From the NCBI GenBank assembly GCA_004298335.1, contig SCTG01000102.1:21413-85412 (forward strand): a DNA stretch of 64,000 nt, given 5' to 3'. This document shows positions 1-8,740 of this stretch, piece by piece. Source of the DNA: Nitrospirota bacterium (GTDB lineage Bacteria; Nitrospirota; Nitrospiria; Nitrospirales; NS-4). How positions within the stretch are numbered: position 1 is the stretch's first letter; every line of letters starts with the position of its first letter. A program made the translations under genes and the position numbers. The notes under the pieces are model-generated. The model was not told where the DNA came from and did not search any database. It was given only the letters and a program-made list of their open reading frames with translations.

Positions 1-100
1 CGGAGACCAGGCTGTATGTTAAACGTGTGCTTCGAAGTCACCGGGAGTATCGGCGGGTGAGCGGGCGGGAGTGCGCGGCGCCGTTTGAGAAGGTCTGCTG

Positions 101-358
101 ATGGCGAGCGGAAACAAAGTCGACGCCCTTGAAGCCAAGGTCAAGGAGATCATCAAGCACTCCGCCGAATTGAAGCGGCGGACGGCGACGCTGGAGACCC
201 GTCTCCGGGACGCCGATGCCAGGGTGGCCCGTCAGGCCGCCGACGCCCGGCGCTGGGAGAAGGAGCGCGACTGGATACGCGGGCGCCTGAAGAAAATCCT
301 CGGTGAGCTCGCATTGATTGAAGGCGACGGCGACAAGGACGAGGGAGGTGCGCGGTGA
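101..358 (+). CDS. small coiled-coil protein translationally coupled to zapA (ZapB-like role possible, not established)
   Basis: 85-aa ORF rich in charged and Leu heptad-like sequence (EAKVKEIIKHSAELKRRTATLETRL). Its TGA stop overlaps the GTG start of the next gene (GTGA at 355-358). Confidence 0.5.
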   Translation: MASGNKVDALEAKVKEIIKHSAELKRRTATLETRLRDADARVARQAADARRWEKERDWIRGRLKKILGELALIEGDGDKDEGGAR

Positions 359-645
359 GCCAGACGTTTGAGGTCGAGATCTACGGCCAGCGGTACGCCG
401 TCCGGGGGGAGGCCGATCAGGCCTACGTGGTCGACCTGGCCCGCCAGGTTGATGAACAGATGCGGACGCTGGCGGCGGGCATGAAGACGGCCACGCCGAC
501 GAAGGTGGCGGTCCTGACGGCCCTGAATCTCGCGCACGAGCTTCATCAGGCGCGCAAGCTTCAGCAGGAGAACGCGGAGAGCGTGGAAAAGCTTGCTGAA
601 GGGCTGCTCGAATCGATCGAGGAGACGCTCGGAGGTTCCCGGTAG
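355..645 (+). CDS. zapA: cell division protein ZapA
   Basis: 96 aa. The N-terminal segment VEIYGQRYAVRGEADQAYVVDLARQVDEQM followed by a helical tail fits the ZapA family pattern. Confidence 0.7.
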   Translation: MSQTFEVEIYGQRYAVRGEADQAYVVDLARQVDEQMRTLAAGMKTATPTKVAVLTALNLAHELHQARKLQQENAESVEKLAEGLLESIEETLGGSR

Positions 646-656
646 GGTCTTTTGTC

Positions 657-685
657 TTGAAAGGCGGCAGGCGTTTTGTTACACT
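657..685 (+). promoter_or_regulatory. sigma70-like promoter TTGAAA-17 nt-TACACT
   Basis: TTGAAA at 657-662, 17-nt spacer, TACACT at 680-685. It sits 12 nt after the zapA stop, and the next CDS starts only at 1163. Confidence 0.5.
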
Positions 686-1162
686 GCGAATGAACGGGGA
701 AGTGGAGAATTCCGTTGGTGAGACGCCCTGCGAGAGCGGGGCCCCGAATGAAGGCAGATGAGGTTGACGTACTGAGCGCAAGCGGCTTTCGACAGACTGA
801 ACGGCGAAGTTCGGATACGCGAAGATGGTAAGAGGGTTCGAGCCTGAGCGGTCGCAGGTCCCGGCAGGGGTCTGTGGCGGGCATGATCAGGGTCCGGAAA
901 ACCCGCGGGGTGGCGTGTGCGGTTCGATGTGGATGCGGGGGAATCGCTGTTGATGGCGTTCCCTCAAGAGTTCAAGCCACCTCCTGAAATGTCTCGCGGC
1001 GTATCTTTTTGCGCCTTTGGTCGGTCGGTCGGCCCGCTGTCGTAATCAACCGTCCGTCTGCTTTCCCGCCAACGCATTCTATCTCCCGCTCCTGGTCTGT
1101 GTGCGCCGGGCCTGTCGGCGACGTCCTGAAGGACGGAGCCGCTGTTCTCGGCACGAAGGGGG

Positions 1163-2737
1163 GTGGACACCATTACGGAACTAGCCATCATTATCGTTGC
1201 GGTTGCGGTGGGTGCGGCCATCGGAATCGGCTTGCTCTGGCTCGTTCAGGGCAAGGTGGTCGCGTCGCGGCTTCGTGAAGCTGAAGAGCGCGCGGCGCAG
1301 ATCGTCAAGACGGCCGAGAAAGAGGCGTCGACGCGCGCCCGGGAGGCTCAGGTCGAGGCCAAGGGCATGATCGTCCAGGCCAGGGCCGATTTGGAAAAGG
1401 AGATGCAGGCCCAGCGGGCGGAGATTCTCGCCCTGGAGAAGCGGCTGTTGCAGAAAGAGGAAGCGCTGGACCGCAAAGTCTCCAACTGCGATCGGCGCGA
1501 ATCCGAACTCCAGAAGAAGGATAAGGCGACCGCGCTCCGTGAAAAGGAGATCGAGGAAAAGGCAGCCGACGTGGAGCGCCTGAACCAGGAACGGACGAAG
1601 GCCCTCGAATACGCGGCCGGCATGACGGCCAACGAGGCCAAGGCGTCCCTGCTGGCGCAGGTCGAGAGCGAGGCCAAGTTCGAAGGCGCCAAGATGATCA
1701 AGCGGATCCAGGATGAAACCAAGGAGACTGCCGACCGGGAGGCGAAGGATATCATCACCCGGTCCATCCAGCGGATCACCCGGGATTACGTATCGGAAGC
1801 CACCATCTCGGTGGTGTCGATTCCCAACGACAGCATGAAGGGGCGGATCATCGGGCGGGAAGGCCGGAACATCCGGGCGCTCGAGGCCGCCACGGGGATT
1901 GATCTGGTGGTGGACGAGACACCCGAAGCGGTGCTCATCTCCGGGTTCGACCCGTTGCGCCGGGAGATCGCCAAGGTGTCGTTGGAGCGGCTGATGGCGG
2001 ACGGCCGGATCCATCCGACCCGCATCGAAGAGGTGGTGGAAAAGGTCAAGAAGGATCTGGACAAGATGATGATCGAGGAGGCCGAGAAGATCCTCTTCGA
2101 ACTGGGGATTCCCAACGTCAACATGGAGATCGTGAAGCTGTTGGGCAAACTGAAGTTCCGGACGAGCTACGGCCAGAACAACCTGTACCATGCGCGGGAG
2201 GCGGCCTACATCTGCGGGATCATGGCCTCGGAGCTGGAACTGGATGTGAAGCTGGCGCGGCGCGGCGCCCTGATGCACGACATGGGCAAGGCGCTGAGCC
2301 AGGAGGAGGAGGGGCCGCACGCCATCATCGGCGGAGACTTCGCCAAAAAGTACGGCGAGGAGCCCCGCGTCGTCAACGCCATCGCCGCGCACCACGAGCA
2401 GGTGGAGCCCATCTGTCCCGAAACCGTGCTGGTGGCCGCGGGCGAAGCGCTGTCGGCGGCCCGGCCGGGCGCCCGCCGCGAGACCGTCGAGGCCTACATC
2501 AAGCGGTTAGAGAAGCTGGAGAAGCTGGCCGTGGATTACAAGGGCGTGGAGAAGGCCTACGCGATCCAGGCCGGACGGGAGATCCGGGTGATCGTGAAGC
2601 AGGAGGCGATCTCGGACGCCGAGTGCGCCGTGCTGTCGCGGGACCTCGCCCGCAAGATCGAGCAGGAACTCACGTATCCCGGCCAGATCAAGGTCACGGT
2701 GATCCGCGAGAGCCGGTACGTGGATGTTGCGAAGTAA
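1163..2737 (+). CDS. rny: ribonuclease Y
   Basis: 524 aa with an N-terminal TM helix, a long coiled-coil, a KH domain (GRIIGREGRNIRALE) and an HD domain (HDMGKA...AHHE). GTG start preceded by GAAGGGGGG. Confidence 0.9.
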   Translation: MDTITELAIIIVAVAVGAAIGIGLLWLVQGKVVASRLREAEERAAQIVKTAEKEASTRAREAQVEAKGMIVQARADLEKEMQAQRAEILALEKRLLQKEEALDRKVSNCDRRESELQKKDKATALREKEIEEKAADVERLNQERTKALEYAAGMTANEAKASLLAQVESEAKFEGAKMIKRIQDETKETADREAKDIITRSIQRITRDYVSEATISVVSIPNDSMKGRIIGREGRNIRALEAATGIDLVVDETPEAVLISGFDPLRREIAKVSLERLMADGRIHPTRIEEVVEKVKKDLDKMMIEEAEKILFELGIPNVNMEIVKLLGKLKFRTSYGQNNLYHAREAAYICGIMASELELDVKLARRGALMHDMGKALSQEEEGPHAIIGGDFAKKYGEEPRVVNAIAAHHEQVEPICPETVLVAAGEALSAARPGARRETVEAYIKRLEKLEKLAVDYKGVEKAYAIQAGREIRVIVKQEAISDAECAVLSRDLARKIEQELTYPGQIKVTVIRESRYVDVAK

Positions 2738-2755
2738 GCACGGGCAGAGGCCGCA

Positions 2756-3535
2756 ATGAAGATTTTATTCATCGGCGACATCATCGGCGAGCCGGGCCGG
2801 AAGACCGTGGCCCGGCACGTGCCGAAGCTTGTCCGGGAACGGGGCGTGGAGTTCGTCATCGCCAACGCCGAGAACGCCGCCGGCGGATTCGGCATCACGC
2901 CGGACATTGCGCGGGAATTGTTTGCGGCCGGCGTGCACGTCATCACCAGCGGCAACCACATCTGGGACAAGAAGGAGATCATCGAGTACATCAAGAAAGA
3001 GCCCCGGCTGCTGCGGCCGGCCAACTACCCCAAGGGGGATCCCGGAAACGGCAGCGTGGTGGCGACGGCGCTGTCGGGCGAAAAGGTCGGCGTGCTGCAG
3101 CTGATGGGGCGGGTGGCCATGCCGACGCTGGACTGCCCGTTCCGGGTGGGGCGGCACGAGGTCGAGGCGCTCCGGCGCGAAGTGCGGACCGTGATCGTGG
3201 ACATGCACGCGGAGGCAACCTCCGAAAAGATGGCGATGGGCTGGTACCTGGACGGGGACGTCAGCGGCGTGTTCGGCACGCACACGCATGTCCAGACGGC
3301 CGATGAGCGGATTCTGCCCAAGGGGACGGCGTATCTCACGGAGGTCGGCATGGTCGGCCCGACCGAGTCCGTGATCGGCATCACGAAGGAAATCGCCATC
3401 GAGAAGTTTCTGACCCAGATGCCGCGCCGTTTCGAAGTGGCCCCCGGGCCCTGCGTGTTTTCGGCCGTGCTGTTCGACGTGGACACGGCGGTGGGGAAAG
3501 CCGTCTCCATCGAACGACTCCGTATTCAGGACTGA
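2756..3535 (+). CDS. ymdB: YmdB-type metallophosphoesterase (2',3'-cyclic-nucleotide 2'-phosphodiesterase family)
   Basis: MKILFIGDIIG...ANAENAAGGFGIT...TSGNHIWDKKE motifs. Conserved position directly after rny. Confidence 0.85.
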   Translation: MKILFIGDIIGEPGRKTVARHVPKLVRERGVEFVIANAENAAGGFGITPDIARELFAAGVHVITSGNHIWDKKEIIEYIKKEPRLLRPANYPKGDPGNGSVVATALSGEKVGVLQLMGRVAMPTLDCPFRVGRHEVEALRREVRTVIVDMHAEATSEKMAMGWYLDGDVSGVFGTHTHVQTADERILPKGTAYLTEVGMVGPTESVIGITKEIAIEKFLTQMPRRFEVAPGPCVFSAVLFDVDTAVGKAVSIERLRIQD

Positions 3536-3539
3536 CGAG

Positions 3540-4898
3540 ATGCCCGGCGGACCGCCTCCGCGAGCCCTCTACACCGTTTCGGCCCTCACCGCTCTTCTCC
3601 GCCTGCACATCGAGTCCGCGTTTCCCGATGTCTGGGTGGAAGGGGAAGTCTCCAACCTGCGTGTGCCCACCTCCGGCCACGCCTACTTCACGCTGAAGGA
3701 CGCCAACAGCCAGATCCGGGCGGTGCTGTTCCGATCCGCCGGACGCGCCCTGCGATTTGCCCTGCAGGACGGCATGCAGCTGATCTGCCGGGGCCGCGTG
3801 ACGGTCTACGAGCCGCGGGGCGATTACCAGGTGATCGTCGAGCACGCCGAGCCGAAAGGCGTGGGGGCGCTGCAGCTCGCCTTCGAGCAGCTCAAGGAAC
3901 GGCTGGCGGCCGAAGGCCTGTTCGAGCAGGCAAGGAAGCGGCCGCTGCCGTTCCTGCCCCACCGGATCGGGGTGGTGACCTCGCCGACGGGCGCGGCCGT
4001 CCGTGACATCATTCAGGTCGCTCGTAAACGATTTCCCGGGATTGAGATCGTGCTGAATCCCGTGGCGGTCCAGGGCGAGCACGCGGCCGGCGAGATCGCC
4101 CGCGCGATTGAGGAGCTGAACGAGCTCGGCGGCTTTGATGTCCTGATCGTCGGGCGTGGCGGAGGGTCGCTGGAGGATCTCTGGCCGTTCAATGAAGAGA
4201 TCGTCGCCCGGGCCATCGCGGCCTCACGCATTCCCGTCGTCTCGGCCGTGGGGCATGAGATCGACTATACCATCGCCGACTTTGTGGCCGACGTACGGGC
4301 GCCCACGCCGTCGGCGGCCGCGGAACTGGTGGTGCGTGACCGTCGGGACCTGCTCGGCCGAGCGAAGAGCCTGTGGGAACGGACTGCGCAGGCCATGCGC
4401 ACGGACCTCCGGGACCGCCGCGCGCGCGTCGAAGCCGAGCGGCGCGGCCTTCTCGATCCGACGGCGCTGGTGGCGCGGGCCATGCAGCGCCGCGACGACC
4501 TCGAAATGCGCCTGCGCCTGGCCCAGGCAAACCGTCTCGGCGGCGTGCGGGCGGCGGTCGAGGCGCTGCGGCAGGAGGTCATGCTGCGCAGCCCGGTTCA
4601 GCGGATCCAGCGGGGCCTGGCCACGCTGCCTCACCTGCAGTTGCGGCTCCATCAGCGGATGCGGACGGCGCTCGAACTGGGGCGGCGGTCCCTGCAGGAG
4701 GCGGTCGGCGCGGTCCAGGCGCTGAGTCCGTTGGCAATTCTGGCGCGGGGGTACAGCATCACCCGCCGGTGGCCCGACCTGACGATCCTGCGCGCGGCGT
4801 CGGACGCGGCGCCCGGGGAAACGGTGCACGTGCGGCTGGCCTCGGGCGAACTGCTGTGCGAGATCCGGCGCGTCGGCGAGAAACTGTTGCCGGATTGA
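3540..4898 (+). CDS. xseA: exodeoxyribonuclease VII large subunit
   Basis: 452 aa with an N-terminal OB fold (VWVEGEVSNLRVPTSGHAYFTLKD), a catalytic core (GVVTSPTGAAVRDI...RGGGSLEDLWPFN) and a coiled-coil tail. Confidence 0.9.
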   Translation: MPGGPPPRALYTVSALTALLRLHIESAFPDVWVEGEVSNLRVPTSGHAYFTLKDANSQIRAVLFRSAGRALRFALQDGMQLICRGRVTVYEPRGDYQVIVEHAEPKGVGALQLAFEQLKERLAAEGLFEQARKRPLPFLPHRIGVVTSPTGAAVRDIIQVARKRFPGIEIVLNPVAVQGEHAAGEIARAIEELNELGGFDVLIVGRGGGSLEDLWPFNEEIVARAIAASRIPVVSAVGHEIDYTIADFVADVRAPTPSAAAELVVRDRRDLLGRAKSLWERTAQAMRTDLRDRRARVEAERRGLLDPTALVARAMQRRDDLEMRLRLAQANRLGGVRAAVEALRQEVMLRSPVQRIQRGLATLPHLQLRLHQRMRTALELGRRSLQEAVGAVQALSPLAILARGYSITRRWPDLTILRAASDAAPGETVHVRLASGELLCEIRRVGEKLLPD

Positions 4899-4945
4899 TT
4901 CGTGAAGCAGGCGGCGTATAATGCGGGACACGGAGGCAGGATCAC

Positions 4946-5212
4946 GTGGCAACGGTGAAATTTGAAGAGGCGCTGGCTCGCCTGGAAGCGATCGTGGCGG
5001 AACTGGAGCGGGGCGAACTGCCGCTGGATGACTCCATGCGGATCTTCGAGGAAGGCATCAAGCTGTCCAAGGTGTGCCTCAAGATGCTCGATGACGCCGA
5101 GCGCAAGGTGGAAATTCTCGTCAAGGACAAGGACGGCCGGAGACGGACGCGTCCGTTCGAATTAGAGGGAAAGAGTGAAGCCGGTTCGGGCAACGGCGAC
5201 GTTGAAGACTGA
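4946..5212 (+). CDS. xseB: exodeoxyribonuclease VII small subunit
   Basis: FEEALARLEAIVAELERGELPLDDSMRIFEEGIKLSKVC is the typical XseB sequence. GTG start, and adjacent to xseA. Confidence 0.85.
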   Translation: MATVKFEEALARLEAIVAELERGELPLDDSMRIFEEGIKLSKVCLKMLDDAERKVEILVKDKDGRRRTRPFELEGKSEAGSGNGDVED

Positions 5213-5993
5213 CTCGGGAAAAGACTCCGTCTTGGCGGAGTCGACCCCACGCAGGGGCAAGGCGACGGAGCGGTTGGACCTGGTGATGGTTCGCCGCGGA
5301 CTCGCGGAAAGCCGGGAACGGGCGCAGGCACTGATCCTTGCCGGCGCCGTCAGCGTCGCCGGGCAGGTGGTCAGCCGGGCGTCCCAAACCGTGCCGCCGG
5401 AGAGTCCGATCGAGATCGCCGGGCCTGCGCACCCCTACGTCGGGCGGGGCGGCCTCAAGCTGCAGGCGGCGTTGGACGCCTTCGGGATCGATCCGGCCGG
5501 CCTGGTCACGCTGGACGTCGGGGCCTCGACGGGAGGCTTTACGGACTGCCTGCTCCAGCGCGGCGCGGCGCGGGTCTATGCCGTGGATGTCGGCTACGGC
5601 CAACTGGCCTGGCGCCTCCGGCAGGATTCCCGCGTCGTGGTGATCGAACGGTGCAACGCGCGGCACCTGGACCGGTCGCATGTTCCCGAGCCGGTGGCGT
5701 TGGCCGTCGTCGACGTGTCGTTCATTTCCCTCACCATGATTCTTCCGGCCGTCCGCCCGTGCCTGGCTCCGGGCGGGCAAGTGGTGGCATTGCTCAAGCC
5801 GCAGTTCGAGGTCGGCAAGGGGAAGGTGGGCCGGGGCGGCATCGTGCGGGACGAGCGTCTCCGGCGGGACACCGTGGAGAAAGTCCGCGGCGCCGTCGAA
5901 GCCCAGCGCTGGGAGTGGTGCGGGGAGATCACATCGCCGATCGCCGGGCAGAAGGGGAACATCGAATTCTTGATCAGGCTGCGTCCGGCATGA
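5175..5993 (+). CDS. tlyA: TlyA-family rRNA 2'-O-methyltransferase
   Basis: S4-like RLDLVMVRRGLAESRERAQALI plus the methyltransferase motif LDVGASTGGFTDCLLQRGA. The start is uncertain: an in-frame TTG at 5232 would remove the 38-nt overlap with xseB. Confidence 0.8.
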   Translation: MKPVRATATLKTDSGKDSVLAESTPRRGKATERLDLVMVRRGLAESRERAQALILAGAVSVAGQVVSRASQTVPPESPIEIAGPAHPYVGRGGLKLQAALDAFGIDPAGLVTLDVGASTGGFTDCLLQRGAARVYAVDVGYGQLAWRLRQDSRVVVIERCNARHLDRSHVPEPVALAVVDVSFISLTMILPAVRPCLAPGGQVVALLKPQFEVGKGKVGRGGIVRDERLRRDTVEKVRGAVEAQRWEWCGEITSPIAGQKGNIEFLIRLRPA

Positions 5994-6919
5994 AGATTCT
6001 GGTGACGGGGGGCGCAGGGTTCATCGGGTCGCACATCACGGACCGGCTCGTCCAGGAAGGGTACGGGGTCGTGGTTGCCGACAACCTGGCGACGGGCAAG
6101 CGCCGGAACGTCAACCGCGCCGCCAAGTTTTACCGCACCGACATCCGGAGCTGGTGGCTGGAGCGGGTGTTTCGCCGGGAGCGTCCCGCCGTCGTGTGCC
6201 ACCATGCGGCCCAGATGGACGTGCGGCGCTCCGTGCAGGACCCGATGTTCGACGCTGACACGAACATCCTGGGCACGCTGAACGTCCTGCGGTACGCCAT
6301 CAAGTACGGGGTGCGCAAGGTCATTTTCGCGTCCTCCGGCGGGGCCGTGTACGGCGAGCCTGAAAAGCTGCCGGTCTCGGAGTCCCATCCCACGCGGCCC
6401 GGGTCGCCCTATGGCATCAGCAAGGCGGTGGGGGACGAGTACCTGCGCTATTTCCGCGACGCCGACGGGATCGAGTACGTGAGCCTGCGGTACGCCAACG
6501 TGTACGGCCCGCGCCAGGATCCCTACGGGGAGGCGGGCGTAGTGGCCATCTTCACGCAGAAAATGCTGCAGGGCGAACAGCCGATCATCAACGGGAACGG
6601 CCGGCAGACCCGCGACTTTGTCTATGTGGACGACGTGGTCGAGGCGAACATCGCGGCCCTGGGCAAGGAGGCCCACGGGATCTATAACGTGGGAACGGGG
6701 CAGGAAACGACCATCAACGAGCTGTTCAGTCTCCTGGCGGGGCTCATCAACCCGTCCGTCCGCGAGGTGCACGGGCCGGCGAAAAAGGGCGAGCAGTTGC
6801 GGATCGCGCTCGATTCATCCCGGATCCACCGGGAGCTGGACTGGGAGCCGAAGGCCTCGCTGAAAGACGGGCTGGCGCGGACCGTCGAGTACTACCGGCA
6901 GCTGGGGCGCACGACCTGA
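5990..6919 (+). CDS. NAD-dependent epimerase/dehydratase (UDP-glucose 4-epimerase-like)
   Basis: MKILVTGGAGFIGSH Rossmann motif and YGISK catalytic YxxxK. The ATG overlaps the tlyA stop (ATGA). The longer track ORF from 5651 is an unsupported N-terminal extension. Confidence 0.85.
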   Translation: MKILVTGGAGFIGSHITDRLVQEGYGVVVADNLATGKRRNVNRAAKFYRTDIRSWWLERVFRRERPAVVCHHAAQMDVRRSVQDPMFDADTNILGTLNVLRYAIKYGVRKVIFASSGGAVYGEPEKLPVSESHPTRPGSPYGISKAVGDEYLRYFRDADGIEYVSLRYANVYGPRQDPYGEAGVVAIFTQKMLQGEQPIINGNGRQTRDFVYVDDVVEANIAALGKEAHGIYNVGTGQETTINELFSLLAGLINPSVREVHGPAKKGEQLRIALDSSRIHRELDWEPKASLKDGLARTVEYYRQLGRTT

Positions 6920-6923
6920 GCCC

Positions 6924-7244
6924 TCAGTAGATGGGGACCGACGGGTCGATCTGCTGGGACCAGGCGATGATGCCCCCCGTGAGGTTTTTCACGTTCTTGA
7001 ACCCCTGTTGGAGGAGAAACTGGGTGGCGTCCATGCTCCGCATCCCCATCTTGCAATGGATGACGATCTCGCCGTTGGGATCGATGTTCTTGTATTCGGT
7101 GCCCAGCGTGCCCAGCGGAATGAGCTTGGCGCCTTCAATTTTGGCGATGTTATATTCCCAGGGCTCCCGGACGTCGATGAGGACGACCTTCTCGCCCTGA
7201 TCCATTTTCTGTTTCAGTTCCTGGACCGTGATGGTGAAACCCAT
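6924..7244 (-). CDS. single-domain rhodanese-like sulfurtransferase
   Basis: 106 aa. LIDVREPWEY...IVIHCKMGMRS active-site loop with Cys. Confidence 0.8.
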   Translation of the reverse strand: MGFTITVQELKQKMDQGEKVVLIDVREPWEYNIAKIEGAKLIPLGTLGTEYKNIDPNGEIVIHCKMGMRSMDATQFLLQQGFKNVKNLTGGIIAWSQQIDPSVPIY

Positions 7245-7326
7245 GGCGCGAATCCTCCCTGTGGAGATGATAGTAAGGCGTCGTTCTTCTTGCTGTCAAC
7301 CGGCGGACTTGTAAAACGGGGGCGCG

Positions 7327-7671
7327 TTGGACGACCCGATCAAAACGACTGAAGGCGGCGACGCCATTGTGGTGCTGATTACGGCGGCCTCGCGGGAGGA
7401 GGCCGGACGGATCGCCCGGCGGCTGGTTGAGGATCGGCTGGCCGCCTGCGTCAATATCGTGCCCCACGTGCGGTCGCTCTTCATCTGGGAGCAGAAGCTG
7501 TCCGAGGAGGACGAGGTGCTCCTGGTGGTCAAATCGCGCCGCGCCCGGTTCGGGCAATTGGCGGCGGCCGTCAAGCAGCTCCACAGTTACAGCGTGCCGG
7601 AGATCATCGCCCTGCCCGTCGTCCTGGGGTCCGCCGACTATCTCCGCTGGGTGTCCGAGTCGACGCCCTGA
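7327..7671 (+). CDS. cutA: divalent-cation tolerance protein CutA
   Basis: EEAGRIARRLVEDRLAACVNIVPHVRSLFIWEQKL...HSYSVPEIIALPV matches the CutA1 family pattern. TTG start is uncertain. Confidence 0.8.
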   Translation: MDDPIKTTEGGDAIVVLITAASREEAGRIARRLVEDRLAACVNIVPHVRSLFIWEQKLSEEDEVLLVVKSRRARFGQLAAAVKQLHSYSVPEIIALPVVLGSADYLRWVSESTP

Positions 7672-7746
7672 AGGCGTTCCGCTACGCCAAAACAGGCAAA
7701 TCTCTCATAAAAATGCCGACTTTGTTCGAAAATGCACGGAGGCTTA

Positions 7747-7774
7747 TTGACATTTTCTGAAGCGGTATGATACT
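7747..7774 (+). promoter_or_regulatory. candidate promoter TTGACA-16 nt-GATACT upstream of the M23 peptidase gene
   Basis: Perfect -35 in a locally AT-richer intergenic stretch. The -10 matches 4 of 6. Confidence 0.35.
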
Positions 7775-7813
7775 CGTTACACCCTACTTTTTAATGGCCC
7801 GGATTCTGGATTT

Positions 7814-8740
7814 ATGAGCCAATCTGACCACGAATTTCATATCGTTGTTTTTCCGGGTGCGACCTCTCGTCCCCGCCGGTTCAGCATCAGGCGGCGGACC
7901 GTCAAAATCCTCCTGATCGCCGGGTTGCTGGCCGTTATCGTTGAGGCGCTGTTTCTGGTTCAGTACGTGACCCGGAGCGGGGAGATCTGGGAATTGGAGG
8001 CCCTCCGGTCCGAAGCGGTCCAGCATCGCCAGCAGGCCAGCGCGCTGTCGTCCTCGCTGGAAGATCTCCGCAAGCAATTATCGACCATGCGGGAAGTGAA
8101 CATCCGGATCCGGATGATGCTGGGGCTGGACCCGCCGAAGGTGCCGCCGTCACCGTTGGGCCTGGGCGGGAAGGAAGAGTCCAGCGTGGCCACGCAGCCT
8201 GGCGGGATGGGGGGCGAACGCGAGAGCCTCGTGAGCATCTCAGCGCAATTGCAGCAGAAGCTCACATGGTTGAAGGATGAGGCCATCGTCCAGGAACACT
8301 ATCTGCAGGAACTGAAGGGCATCATCGGTGAACGGAAGGCGCAATGGGCATCCACGCCGTCGATCTGGCCGGTGCGCGGTTGGGTGTCCTCGGGGTTTGG
8401 GCGGAGGATTTCGCCGTTCACGGGCAATGACACCATGCATGGCGGCGTGGATATCTCGGCGCCGATGCGCACGCCGGTGATCGCGCCTGCTGCCGGAACG
8501 GTCACCTTCGCCGGCAGCGAAGCGGGCCTGGGCAACACCGTCAGCCTCTTGCACGGGTACGGCATGCGCACGATCTACGGGCACTTGGACAAGCTCAAGG
8601 TGAAGACGGGCCAGCCTGTCAGGCGGGGAGACATTCTCGGCTGGGTGGGCAATACGGGCCTGTCAACCGGCCCGCATCTGCATTATGAAATCGAGGTCGG
8701 CGGGACCGCCCTCGACCCGCTGAAGTACATCATTGACTAG
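7814..8740 (+). CDS. M23 family metallopeptidase (EnvC/NlpD-like, TM anchor plus coiled-coil)
   Basis: C-terminal HGGVDISAP...GNTGLSTGPHLHYEI catalytic motifs are intact. N-terminal membrane anchor and coiled-coil region. Confidence 0.85.
   Translation: MSQSDHEFHIVVFPGATSRPRRFSIRRRTVKILLIAGLLAVIVEALFLVQYVTRSGEIWELEALRSEAVQHRQQASALSSSLEDLRKQLSTMREVNIRIRMMLGLDPPKVPPSPLGLGGKEESSVATQPGGMGGERESLVSISAQLQQKLTWLKDEAIVQEHYLQELKGIIGERKAQWASTPSIWPVRGWVSSGFGRRISPFTGNDTMHGGVDISAPMRTPVIAPAAGTVTFAGSEAGLGNTVSLLHGYGMRTIYGHLDKLKVKTGQPVRRGDILGWVGNTGLSTGPHLHYEIEVGGTALDPLKYIID

Noticed and set aside
880-905. CAGGGTCCGGAAAACCC resembling the SRP (4.5S) RNA GGUCCGGAAGGAAGCAGCC motif.
   Set aside because: Only the GGUCCGGAA part matches. 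The conserved GGAAGCAG continuation and the symmetric-loop partner strand are absent.
1021-1034. (TCGG)3 micro-repeat in the zapA-rny gap.
   Set aside because: It is too short to be meaningful and is compatible with chance in GC-rich DNA.
5651-5989. N-terminal extensions of track ORFs. Examples are 5651 for the epimerase, 12267 for the radical SAM gene, 14261 for pgl, 15303 for ppk2, 39206 for argJ, 36404 for pyrH, 27072 for the ferredoxin, 27275 for FmdB and 29167 for the Rieske gene.
   Set aside because: The extensions overlap the preceding gene and are Arg/Pro-rich. An internal ATG with an RBS or an ATGA/GTGA coupling gives the canonical family N-terminus.
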